Assembly (NCBI RefSeq): GCF_006345805.1
Contig: NC_042997.1
Location: 147,188,001-147,252,000 of the forward strand
Length of the DNA stretch: 64,000 nucleotides
Reading direction: 5' to 3'
Source of the DNA: Octopus sinensis
Taxonomy: Eukaryota
Below, piece after piece: positions 40,280 to 53,520 of this stretch. The position numbers and the translations under genes are program-made. Below the pieces are notes generated by a model. That model was not told the DNA's origin. It made no database searches and saw nothing but the letters and a program-made list of their open reading frames with translations. Every line of letters starts with the position of its first letter. Position 1 is the first letter of the stretch.

Positions 40280-40725
40280 GGTGAGTTAGCAGAGTAGTTA
40301 GCATATCGGACAAAATGCTTAGTGGCATTTCGTCTGCTTTTACGCTCTGAGTTCAAATTCCGCGGAGTTAAACTTTTGCCTTTTATCCTTTTGTGGTTAG
40401 TGAAAAAAGTACCAGTTGAGCACTGGGATCGATGTAATCGACTAATCATAGTTTAAGGCCTTGTGCTTATAGTAGAAAGGATATTAGTTTCAAATTTGGG
40501 CACAAGACCAACAGTTTCTGGCGAAGAGGCAAGTCGATTGCTTCGATTCCAGTGTTCAATTGACACTTATTTTTTAGATCCCGAAACGATGAAGGGCTAA
40601 CCTTAACCCTAACCATAACCTCGGCAGAATTTAGACTCAGAACGTAAAGGCAGATGTAATGCCGCTAAGCATCTTACCCGGCGCACTTACGATCCTGCTA
40701 GCTATCCGCATGGAAAGGATATTAG
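40280..40725. mobile_element. Two family-1 SINEs tail-to-tail (+ 40280-40485, - 40488-40710)
   Basis: Minus copy flanked by 13-bp TSD GAAAGGATATTAG (40475-40487, 40713-40725) taken from the tail of the plus copy. Confidence 0.88.
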
Positions 40726-40947
40726 GGTATAATTTAAAGTAAAATTAGTCACTTTTTATAGTAGATCGATGGGCTGCTCATTGGTTCCTAATCCTCACTC
40801 AAAGGTAGTTGGAGGACAATGGTATGGATAGAGAATGATGTAGTTGGGAAGAAAGTGCAAGAATTTGATAATAACATCGTTGATAGAGGTTAATGTAGCA
40901 GTTAGGTAGTAATTGTAGATGGATGGCACTATAATAGGTTGATGCAA

Positions 40948-41325
40948 GGCGGCGAGCTGGTAGAATCGTTAGCACGCCGGGCGAAATGCTTAGTGGTATT
41001 TCATCTGCCGTTACGTTCTGATTTCAAATCCCGCTGAGGTCAACTTTGACTTTCATCCTTTCGGGGGTCGATAAATTAAGTACCAGTTACGCTCTGGGGA
41101 CGATATAATCGACTTAATCAGTCTATCTGTCCTTGATTGTCTCCTCTGTGTGTAGCCCCTTGTAGGTAGTAAAGAAATAGGTATTTCGTCTGTCTTTATG
41201 TTCTGAGTTCAGATTCCGCTGAGGTCGACTTTGCCTTTCATCCTCTCGGGGTCGATAAATTAAGTACCAGTTGCGTATTGGGTTTGATCTAATCGACTTG
41301 CTCCCTGCCCCAAAATATAGAAAAG
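40948..41325 (+). mobile_element. Family-1 SINE dimer with 15-bp TSD
   Basis: Junction AAAGAAATA|GGTATTTCG at 41179/41180; TSD TATAATAGGTTGATG at 40930-40944 and 41326-41340. Confidence 0.92.
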
Positions 41326-41391
41326 TATAATAGGTTGATGTGATTTTGTGGGTGGTGTCCAATGTATCATTAAGGGGATAATGCTTTACAT

Positions 41392-41812
41392 CAGTGGGTC
41401 TCAAACATTTTTTTACTTATCGACACCTTTGATATCTATTTTACTCAGGTGGACCCTCAGAGCCATTCGTTGTTTGATGAAACCCAGTAATTCCTGGGGA
41501 AGAGGTAAGTCGATTGCTTCGATCCTAGTGCCCAGCTTGAGCCTATTTTTTAGACCCCCGAAACTATGAAAGGCAAAGTCGATCTCGGCGGAATTAAATA
41601 TTAATAGGAATTGTATAAAAACATTTTGTATAAAACATTTTCTATAAAACATTTTGTATAAAACATTTTGTATAAAACATTTTGTATAAAACATTTTGTA
41701 TAAAAACATTTTGTATATTGTAGACGTATAACCAATTTATTGCCTATAAACTCTAGCAACATATCTAATATGGACCCCCAAGCATCATGTGGACCTCGGT
41801 TGAAAACCACTG
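41392..41812. mobile_element. hAT (Charlie-like) MITE
   Basis: TIRs CAGTGGGTCTCAA / TTGAAAACCACTG; 8-bp flanks CTTTACAT / CTTTAGCT; contains a SINE fragment and a 15-bp tandem repeat. Confidence 0.8.
41611..41716. repeat. 15-bp minisatellite (AAAACATTTTGTATA) x~7
   Basis: Direct inspection. Confidence 0.95.
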
Positions 41813-42685
41813 CTTTAGCTGGAGGACAATATGTGTGGTTGGAAGGTATTGTAACTTGAAGAATGATGTAGAAGTTGGTAGAGAGTCTGTCTTTTTGTTT
41901 TTTACATTTGTAATGGTTTAGTGAGAGGAGGATGGGAATGTACTATAACTTTTTTCAGAGCTACTGATAAAGAAAAGGTTTTACTGGCACCGTAGGCATC
42001 AACCGTATGTCTGCAAATGAGGAAATGTTATTAAAGTCCCTCATGCGATATGTGTTCATGTTAAACCAAGAAATGGATTACGTCATATTCACAAGTTAGA
42101 CGGACAATATTGGAGTATAATTTGAGTGCTATTTCTAGTTGCTCAAGTGACTTTCAAAAAGGCTCAGCTCAACCATCGATAAAGTGAACACTGTGACGAA
42201 GTCTAACAAAGCACTCGTTAATTTCAGAGTACCCTAAATTTTAAAGAATATCTAGGACTTCATTTTTCAGATGTACCTCTCAGTATTTTAAGACGGTAGA
42301 GTAAGATTTGATGGAAATTTGATTGCTCTTTTTAGGAAGTCAAGCCATCGTATGGAAGCTATGTTTATTTTTTTCTCTCTTGTCAATAGAAATGAGGTAA
42401 AATGAGCATCTGATGGATGCATCTCATCATTGGGTCTAATGATTAGATGTTTCTGAATGTGTTTGAGTACCAGGCAGACATAATTTACTTTGGTTCCGTC
42501 AGTATGCCCACTATAGAACCAAATAACATTATCTTGGTTGAAGAGAAAAGGAAAACAAACGACCACAGATCGCTATAGCCAATTCATGTCGATTGCTTTC
42601 ACTTTGATATCGAAACGGAGATGAAAAATAACGTAACTCGCATCCTTCATCAATTCATTTCATATCAATATCAATATATATATAT

Positions 42686-42740
<55 letters not shown>

Positions 42741-42778
42741 ATACATATATACATACTTGTAAATATATATGTATACAC

Positions 42779-42859
<81 letters not shown>

Positions 42860-42920
42860 CTATATATATATTTGTGTGTATATACACACACGCACAAATA
42901 TATATGTATATATAGGCATG

Positions 42921-42952
<32 letters not shown>

Positions 42953-44765
42953 CTACCGAAGACAGAGAGAAAGTAAACATTTTCTTAGTATTTCGCTGTG
43001 ATTCACTTCCAAGCTGTTGTTTTGTGTTCTGATATATTCACTTGATATATTTTTTTCCCTTGAAGCCATACAAAAGTATATATAAATAAAAGGGAAAGAA
43101 GACTCAAGATTATTTCCCTCGATTCCTTGTCGATCTGTTTACATTGAAATATTTCCCCCATTTATGATCAAATCGTAACTGTTTCTATGATTAGTCTCAT
43201 TCTCAAAGAGAATCAATGAAAGCTATCTCAATGGAAAATACAAGGGAGAAGTGGAGTGATCTTTCAGATATATTCTTCTGGAGATTTGTGTAAAACAAAT
43301 ATTGAAGAGAGTGTATTACTGTGTAATTCTATTTGGGAAAATAAATGTCGGAAAGTTATTCTGGATATGTTTGCGATCAGAGTTTCAAAAGAAAAGAAGA
43401 CAAAAATCAACATCACCATCAACGACATAACATTAAAAATGTTATTTTTGTTTCGTACAAGGAAGGATACATCAAGCTTAAATATACCTAGCTATTTCAG
43501 AATGTTTACCTCATAGAAATAAGTATATTTGAAACTATATACAAAGATATTTTACATCGGAATAAATCAATGATATTGAAGTAGTAAATTGAGAACTATC
43601 TGACTTTAGGTTATTTAGTTTCATAACATACCTTTCTATTCTTGAATTGAAATTCCTATCGGTATTAATTTTATTCGCATTTCTTCAGGTTCTCTAAAAT
43701 AAATACCAATAGCAAATGGGTACACGAATGGCTGTAAGGATAAAGCGTTTGCTTTGTAACCATATGGTTTGGGGTTCGATCTCGCCGTATGGCCCCTCAG
43801 GCAAGTGCCTTCTATCATAATCTCGGAATAATCAATACCTTGTGTGTAGAATTTGGTTGGCAGGAAGTGCATTGAAGCCTGTTGGACATTTTATACACAC
43901 ATATATACACTCACACTGACACACATATTAGATGGAGTGTGCTGATATATTTCTGTGAGGAAAGAACAACAAGAATGAAACTTACTGAAAGAACTCTTTT
44001 GCGATATTTTTTCTGCAAGGAGTTAGTCCCTCTCTTGTCACCGCTGCTCTCAAAATGCATGATATAACTTTGTGATTGGATCGAAGGAATTCTGTAACCA
44101 ACTAGGCTATTGTTAATCAATTGTGACATAAAAACAAAATAATTAACACGTATAGTACGAGGGTAAGAGATTGACAGAGGTATCAGAGCATGAGATAAAA
44201 TGCCTGGCGCTCATTTGTTTTGATTGTGTGTGCTGAGTTCAAAATCCTACTGAAGTCAAGATTACTTTTCATCCTTTCGAGTTCTACAAAAAGTACTCAT
44301 CCAAGTCGGTGGATTAGTGGAAATGTGAGAAAGTGAGGCATCTCATTTGGTTAATTATTTTCTGATAGCATGTGGCTACACTGGTGCCAAGTTGCTAACC
44401 ATTCTCTTGTATAAATATTTGCAGCGTTGGAAGGGGAGACTTGCATGCATGGGAAACAACCAGTCTTCCTAAAAAAAAAAATCTTGCCTATAACTGTGCT
44501 TACATACATGGCCAACCTTGATAGACAGAAACCTTATAGATAAATGAAATTTCAAACAGAGTTAGATCCAATATAGTATAAGTAAATTCAAATGACACAT
44601 TGTGAGGTATTATACTTACATCGTGGAATGTGTACGGATGAAAGTCAAAGACGCATTTAAGTGAGTAATAGCAATAGTCTTATTACGCGGTATCGTAGGA
44701 AAGCGTCTTCTATTATTGCTCCTTGGGAGTGAATTTTGTAGACGGAAACTGCGTAGAATGCCCGT

Positions 44766-44800
<35 letters not shown>

Positions 44801-45564
44801 TTACTTGGAAAAGGATGCGTGGCGTTTGATCATATAATAATATAATATATAAATATATGCATATATACATACACATATGTACATACCTACATATATATGT
44901 GCATATGCAATCATACATGGGTACAGGACATAAAAAAAAGCGTTGAACACAATGAGAAACGAAAACATAAAAACAAAAACATAGAAATGAACTTTTTTTC
45001 GTTGTTCAAAAAAACAAACAAACAGAGAAACGAGACATACAACATAATGAATATTCCCCTTCTTCAGTTTTCCCTGTTTCATCTACACCGCGTTTCAAAG
45101 GTAAAGACAAGACGCGACTTCGCTGAAATAGTCGTTCCCGCAAAGCAAATTAAATAAAATTTGTGATTTTTTGCGGAGGGTGAAAGTGGTAACAAGAGCA
45201 GGACAGTGAGAACAAAACAGTAAAAACAAACTGTGAGGGATGTTAAACCATGATGATAGAAAAATTATTAGGAACGCTAGGAAGATGAGCTTATGAAGGA
45301 GACAATATAAGCACGTTGTTGTCTTTACGAAGGTAGTGGTCAGAAATATAGATCCTCTTTCGTCACGTGTCAGCGACTGTTTTCCCAGCAGGTAGATATA
45401 CTCAGTATATCCTTTGATTAATTTTAATCCTTCAGCTATTTAATACTTTCTTGTGCCTGCAATCGTTTATATTATTAATTCTGATATTATCATTTTTAAT
45501 TGTTACACTAGATAATGATAGAGTCAATAATATCTTCGCAATTATTTACTCCGTATATATATAT

Positions 45565-45612
<48 letters not shown>

Positions 45613-46875
45613 GGTATCACTCGGAAAAAATGATTAGCATATGGATTATGATATTAAGTAAGGATTTCATAAGTTAAGTATTCTGACATCGCAACATATT
45701 CTATATATATATTACATAAATGTATGGCTGTGTGTATTTTTGTTAGTGTTTTATTCTCTCCCCCTCTTCGCAATCGCTGTTGGTTTGTTACGGCCCGTAG
45801 TTTCCTGGTTTGGTAAAAATGATCGATGGAATATGCACCTGTTTTACAATAATAAAAAAAAGCGAAAAGAACAACAAAAGAAACTCCATAAGGTTTGGGG
45901 CCGATTAGTCCGACTAAAGCTTTTCAAGGCGGTACACCGACATGGTTGCAATCCAATGACTGAAACAAGTAAAAGATAAAAATGAGAGATAAAATGATCG
46001 ATAAAAAAATGACGAAAGAGAAATATAATTGTAAACTTAAGGTCGTTGACAAGTTGCTATGACAATAGAAGAACGTCACGAAGCCATAGCAAAGTTACGT
46101 TTAAGAAATTGATTTGAGACTTATGAAAACATAAGAAAAAAATATATCTTTTTCACTTACGTAATTGAAACCGAAGTAAAATGATTATTTTTGAAAAGTG
46201 ATTTATAGTGAAAAATTCTGAACTAGGTTTTTAGTGGCAAACTAGCGAAATTTACTTTAGTGAGCGTTGCGAGTTCCGAAATTAGGTTTTTAAATCTTTT
46301 TTTCGTAGTTTTACTACTAAATAAGAGATAATTGAATTCGTGTAAAGAGAAACAATCCTATTACTTTGATGGCGTTAAACGTAAGCCAATGGAGCAGAAA
46401 GTGTTGTTGTTAAAGCTACTGCACGTGAAAAATGATCAAAGCTCAAATGATGCTATGACTCCAGTTTTTATTTTCTTGCACTTCCGGAAGACATTTAGAT
46501 AATCATGAGAGCGGAAAGCTCAGATCTATATCGTATGTGCTCTCTTTCTCCGCCCTCTTTCTCTTCCTTTCCCTCTTCCTCTCTCTCTCTCACAGACACA
46601 CACAGGCAACTGCCTACATTCAAACACACGCGCACACATGTCTGTGTGTGTGTATGTGTGCGCCTGCGCGTCGGTGTGTGTATATGTATGTATATTTATA
46701 TGTATCTCTAAATATGTGTGTATATATATAGACAGATACATATATATTGTATATGTATATATGCATATACATGTATATTTATGTGATATATGCATATACA
46801 TGTATATTTATGTGATATATGTGCGCCTACGGATATATATGTCTGTACACACACACGCACATATATGTATATATG

Positions 46876-46909
<34 letters not shown>

Positions 46910-47892
46910 ATATAAATATACATACATATATGTGTGTTTATACACACACATACATACACAAATATATATAAATGTGTGATGTATGCATGATGTTTATATG
47001 TATATATATGCATATACATTATACATTCATTCACAGAGATGTATATGTGTTGATAAATTCACTTATGCACACATGCTGCATGAGATATATATATGTACAT
47101 GCGAGAGATGTTGAAAAGATAAGAAATGAAGACAAGGAGAAAAGAAGACAAACAGAAGAAGAAAAAGAAAGAAATGGTGATGATGATGACGATGAAGATA
47201 AAGAATAAGAACAACAACAATGAAAGAGGATAAGAAATAGAGATAGGAAGAAGAAATGTATGAGAGAAAGATTAAGAGGAAAATAATTTTTCATGATTTA
47301 GACTGTGAAATAAATATGTTAGCGATCGCAATGAAATGAGAAGTGGTTTAAGATAACAGTAAATAGTAAATTTTCCGTCTTGAGTAGAGAGAATAGTAAT
47401 AAATAAAATATAATTATAAGAGATATACAGTCCAATGAGATACATAAAGAAAACTTTAGATCAGTCTATCTATAGATCATTCATTGTGGTGTAGATTCTA
47501 AATAATACATTATATGAAGCTAGCGATAAGGAAAGAAAAAAATAATGCTTGTGATGTATTTAATGTCTATGAAAGGCATTAAATACATGCAGACTTAGAG
47601 ATAAGATTATTGAGAATTACGTTATTTTTTTCCTACTTTGATTAGTCTACTAGTTTCACTTATTGGGTTGCGGCCATGATGGGGCAACGTCTTAAAGTGA
47701 TTTAGTCAATTATATTCCTTCTGATACTCTGTCTGGTACATATTCTATCGATCAAGCAGGGGCCAAAGATTAAGTCGTCTTTGCCAAAAAACAATATAAC
47801 TTGGTCGAAACTAAATATCGCAGTATGTTTTTGGTTTGCTACTTTGACACACCGAATTTTGTATTGGTTTGACGCTCAAGAAGAATGGAAGT

Positions 47893-47928
47893 CTTTGACG
47901 TTTCGAGCCTACGCTCTTCGGCAGAAAA
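47893..47928 (-). ncRNA. Minimal hammerhead-like motif (A6C variant)
   Basis: Minus strand: UUUU-CUGCCGA-A-GAGC-GUAG-GCUC-GAAA-CGUC-AAAG. Confidence 0.6.
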
Positions 47929-47961
47929 GGTTCAAATGAAAAAATGGAGAGAGAACGAAAG

Positions 47962-48021
<60 letters not shown>

Positions 48022-48537
48022 GTATATATAGTTGTTTCTATGTTAAACTGTCGTATGTCCCAAATTTGGCCAAATCCGTTTTTTCAATATTTAATTTTGC
48101 TTGCAATAGCCGGTTCTTTTGGTCAAACTATATCGTATCTACAACTACGTCAGATAAAAATTGTCAAAGTGTAGTACAATGGTTTAGCTGAAACTATTTT
48201 TTCGTTTTCTGAAAAAGCAACGTTTTGGACTTACGACACTTTTGCACAATAGCAATGATATATATATATATATATACTTAATAAAAGGGTTCAGCCAAGA
48301 TTTGATTTACCACATACCGAAGTTTAGAAATAGCAGCCAAGAATCTTAGCTATTTCTTCTACTTTAAACACTTAAGTTTACCGTGAAATGGTCTTTTTTC
48401 ATACCGAATTCTACTTGGTGAAATTATTGATTACTTCTTAATTAATTTTACCCTTTGTTATTATTGATATATATATATACATACATACACACACACACGC
48501 ACACACACACACACACATATATATTTCATCGTTTTCC

Positions 48538-48571
48538 TTTCTGCTGAAAAGCGTAGGCTCGAAACGTAAAA
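48538..48571 (+). ncRNA. Minimal hammerhead-like motif (A6C variant), homolog of 47893-47928
   Basis: UUU-CUGCUGA-A-AAGC-GUAG-GCUC-GAAA-CGUA-AAA; downstream ~45 nt also similar between the two copies. Confidence 0.55.
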
Positions 48572-48680
48572 TACTTTCTCACCTTCCCGACCGTTAAACT
48601 TATACACCCGTTTGTTGTTTATACGCCTCTCTTTGCCTTTTGTTTTTTTGTAAATTTCAACTGTCTGTCTGTCTGTCTGT

Positions 48681-48715
<35 letters not shown>

Positions 48716-49483
48716 GTACACCACCACAAAGAAAATCTCTTGAAATTTTCATCCTTGATCCATCGCACATCCATGAAAGTAGAATGGAGAGAGGAATGTC
48801 CCATAACTCAATTGGTCTCCATTTCAGCTAAATAAACTAGGGTTACATAAAATAAAGTATCTTTGTCGACCAGATCCAAGAATCAAACATACGACCTCAT
48901 GACTTTGAGCGTAGCCCCGAAACCACTACCCCATGTGCTTTCACAAAGCTGGTGCTACATACGCACCACAGGTAATTAAATCGACCGAAACGTCAAAATT
49001 TGTGGTTTTATGCCAAAATTAGAGAGCATTTCTTTCCCTATAACTTGTACAAAAAATAAAAATTAATTTTATAGAATCAGAAAATGGAGAAAATTGTTGA
49101 AGCTATACGATATAAATAAATGTACTGGAATATTTTAGCTTGCCAAAAGAGAAATTAATGACTTGGAGAAGCCGGTGGTTTAAGTAATAAGAAATAATTT
49201 GAGATAACTGTCAAGGTTATTTCAAAAATATATTATAAATCAGAAGGAAAACAGTTAAAGCGAGCTGTTTTTTTCGTCTCATTATTAATTGTTCCAGAGG
49301 GTAAGAAAAATGAATGATAATATGAGATGTCTTTCGAAAGAAGACGTCTATAGATGTGGCCAGCAAGTAATGTTTTGTATCACTGGTTTTTATTGAGACA
49401 AGACGATGAATATTTCTATGTGTGAATATTTCAAACTCTTTCTCTCTCTATTGATATTTATTTCCATCTCTCTCCTGTTCACT

Positions 49484-49527
<44 letters not shown>

Positions 49528-49958
49528 ATAGTGACTTCGAAGTTTCGCCCACTAAAGCCATCGTGCGACGATGCCAATAATATTCTTGTTTAAGAATAAT
49601 AAATTTGTACTCTACAAAAGTATAGACTAACCCATGAGATTAATGCTAAATTGGCTTTTATAATAACTGAAAACATCTCTTGCTCTCTCTTCCTTCCGTC
49701 TCGCTCTCCCCCCTCTCTCTGTGACACACACACATACACACACATGTGTATATGCAGAAGTTCGTGGCTTAGTGGTTTGAGTGTTGCACTGAAAATCGTA
49801 CGAATGTTGTTTTGATTCCTGCACAGGCGATGCGCTGTGTTCTTGAGCAAAACACTTCATTTAACGTTGCTTCACTTCTCTAAACTGGATGAAAAATGAG
49901 TAACCCTGCGACAGTTCAGTATCTAGTCTTGCAGGTGGGGAATATATACGCCATAGAA

Positions 49959-49992
<34 letters not shown>

Positions 49993-50001
49993 CATATATA
50001 T

Positions 50002-50050
<49 letters not shown>

Positions 50051-50089
50051 TATATATATATATTATATATATATATATTATATATATAT

Positions 50090-50133
<44 letters not shown>

Positions 50134-50277
50134 CCAATTATATACAATTTATTTATTATTTAGTACTTTAGTTTTTGGTAAATGTTTTATCGTATCTTTA
50201 ATTTTTTTTCAATATGGTATGATTTAAATATATCATTGTTGAATTGCTTCATGGTGGTTCTTCTCTAATTTATATAC

Positions 50278-50366
<89 letters not shown>

Positions 50367-51399
50367 ACTGTATAATAATATATTGCTATACAGTCATTGT
50401 TTTACTATGCGTCCTCCGTAGTAGCTTTCTCTCCGTAACTTACAAAGCCTTTCCGGCTTGTTTACAGATATTATATATATCTGTTAAACTTAGATCAGAT
50501 TTTGAGATGATACATGTTAACACACACACATACATACAGAAAAAATATATTCATCCAATACGTAAGAATAAACATGAGTTATCCATGTGAAAAAAGGAAG
50601 AGCACAACACCCTACTAATGGATGAAAAGGGATTCAGTGGAGGTGAGGGATGAATGATGCGACAAACGAAATATACCTGATTTTGAATCGACTTAAGCCT
50701 TCTCCGAAATTGCTGGTCTTGTGACTAAATATGACACCAATATTTAGGATATATACCAACTAACTCTACCAAATACTAAAAACAACACCCACTGAATGAT
50801 AGTGAGAAAGTACCACAAAAATGTAATTGGGAAATCTATTGTATACATGCAAATATTCTAACAGAGTAAGTTGCTTTGAAACTACAATTATCAATGCTCT
50901 GTGACGATGCGTTAGTCGGAACGCACCATGCTCTAAAGAGACCCTTCGATCAAATTCAAATCTGCGAATTCTTCAGAAATTCTCTAGCTTTCTATAAACA
51001 ATGCCATTCAGCGTCCAACATGATTTTTAATTGACCCAATTCAGGCTAGCAGGTCAATGGTGTTATGTCAATAACTCTTTGTACTGTATAAATTATGAAT
51101 TCCGCGTGATTTATTTCGGTTCTACGCAGTATTCAAGCCAATCACTAGCAAAATCACAAGGAATTTACTTTTTATCTAATTCAAGATAATTCTAAGGATT
51201 TCTGAATATGTAAAATTGTGTGTGTCGATATGAGGTGCATATGCTCATCATCTTGTAGTGGGGGTATGTTTCTTTTGTAAACGAATATGAGTGGTTGTGT
51301 ATGGTTACTTCTTATGTACGCCATAAGCATGCCACAAGCACAAAAGTAATTTTCTGTAAATGGTCATTTCCTTGGATTTAAACGATGCAAATTAGTTTA

Positions 51400-53520
51400 C
51401 TTTATTCATTCCTCGCATACTCAAGCATTTTCAAGCCTTTTCTGAAAATCTGCTGTTTGCAAAAACTTGTTAATATATAACAATAGACGCAAATGAATAT
51501 ATACAGCCTAGATACAAGTGCAGGTTCTGACGTGCCTGTGATGTCACCGTGAGAACAATTCTTTCTATTGATGGCGTTGGAAAGGAATTTTGAAGAAAAT
51601 TGTCTCAAGGCAGTAATTTGCGGCCACTTTCGGTAAGCTTTCAACGATGTGATATCTCCTACATAGCATGGTAAAAAAACAACATTTTCTAGCACAACAT
51701 AAAGGTTTGAAGCCATTCTTATGTCTTTTATTAATCAATTATTCGCCTTTTCCTGTATAGCAACAGTATATTCTTCTGGACTGAATGGATGTATTTTATC
51801 ACTTGTCGAAGAGACGCTGCACTTCTTGTTAATATTGTTGTGTTGATATCTTAAAAGCGGCGAGCTGGCAAAATTGTTAGCACGCCGGGAAAAATGCTTA
51901 GCAGCATTTTGTCTTTCTTTATGTTTTGAGGCCAAATTCTGCCGAGGTCGACATTGTATTTCCTCGTTTCGGGTTGATAGACTAAGTACTAGTTGAACAC
52001 TAGGATCGATGTAATCGACTTACCATCTCCCAGAACCTGCTGGCATTATGCTAAATTTGAAATCAATATTGTCGGCATCTTCTTGCTTATGAGATATGAA
52101 TATCTGCATCACTTTTTGCTGTTATGGTGAGTGTTCCGCCTCCAAGTTTCTGTTCAATTTGATTAATATAGATGTCCATGGGTTACATTAAAACAGCTGA
52201 ACGCTCAGAGTACTTATTCAGGAGTTTTTTCCTAGTTTCAGTATATCATTATTATTGAGTGAGAGAGCAGTGCATGCCATCAAAGTGACACTGAGGTAAA
52301 ATATACGAAGTCCAGCATACCCATCATGACTACCCGTCTGATAAGTGTACACCAGGCACAACCACACGTGCGCGACATGGCGATCTCATATCAAGGATAA
52401 ACAGCGCATGACCTTGCAGGTGGGGCCCAGTTAGAATTTTCTTCTGGTCGGGTAGCCCGTCCCGCTCAAAAAGTCCCTGAATAAGGGTTGTTTAAGTATG
52501 ATGAACGAACCACCCATGTTTCCAAAGGTAAATTATCCAAACCCCCAAGAATTCCTTTCAACACACGTTTATGATGCTATGCTCCCCAACCACTTCTGCT
52601 ATAATCAGAGATGCACATATCGTCAGCCACTAAGGGATATGGTCAACTGGTTAAGGTCAAACAACTGACAAGCAAATCTGTGGTATTGAGAAGAATATTT
52701 GCTGTAGCCCATCTTTTATACCAAGACAAAACAATGTACATGATAACACTTCGAATCAGTTAAGGTCAGGAATCATGAGAGCCACTGTCTGGTACTGCAT
52801 CAGGGCATTTATTATTATCATTGTTATTATTATTATTAAAGGTGGCAACCGGATAGAACCGTTAGTACGCAACACAAAATACTTAGTATTTCGTACGTTT
52901 TGATCTCCTGAGTTCAAATTCCGCCAAGGTCGGCATTGTCTTTCCTCCTTTCGGGGTTGATAAAATAAGCACCAGTGAAGAGCTGAGGACGATGTAATTA
53001 ACTTCCCAATCCACTCAAAACTACATGTCTAATGCCAAAATTTCAAATCGTCATTTCTGCTGTTAAGTATACATGTGATGTTTTCATTTCTACCTTTAGT
53101 GTTTAGTAGGTATTGTCTAAGTGATACGATGTGACCCTCAGAGACTGTTCTGCTAATGTCATTGTTGATGCGGAACTTGGTCGCAGTGGTGCGTATCTTT
53201 CTAGTCACTGTGTCCAAGTTGCAGGTCTCTTCAAGTGTCCAATCAACTATTCTAAATATCATACTCTAATGCACTGGAAGAGCAAAAGTTTTATGAGATA
53301 TGGTATTATTGAATTCAAACATGTCTAACTTCCATATTTTCTGGATTTTACTGACATATTCCTTTTCAGACAAGTTTTCCTCATGTATACACAATATTCT
53401 CAGTGGAGATAAGGGAGATAGACAGGCCATTCGTATCCATATTCTTTGGCAAAAACATCAAGTGATTACCAAATGAGGCATTTACACTGACCAAAATCTA
53501 TTCCTATGTTCTGTGAGAAT
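51400..53520 (-). mobile_element. Decayed R4/Dong-clade LINE fragment with three nested insertions
   Basis: Minus-strand FSQNIGIDFGQCKC, IWKLDMFEFNNTISHKTFALP, IVDWTLEETCNLDTVTRK, HIVSLRQYL, EEYTVAIQEK in the expected order; interrupted by SINEs (~51857-52068, ~52840-53047) and by 52257-52806. Confidence 0.75.
52257..52806. mobile_element. ~550-bp non-coding interspersed element flanked by (ATT)n
   Basis: ATT repeats on both sides; partial second copy at 4975-5135; no ORF. Confidence 0.7.

Noticed and set aside
45055-45100. Minus-strand GAAACGCG...CTGAAGAAGGGG (type II hammerhead order)
   Set aside because: The cleavage position would be G and stem I cannot form
52400-52470. Possible HDV-like ribozyme in the GC-rich core
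   Set aside because: Could not build the P1/P2/P3 nested pseudoknot by eye on either strand
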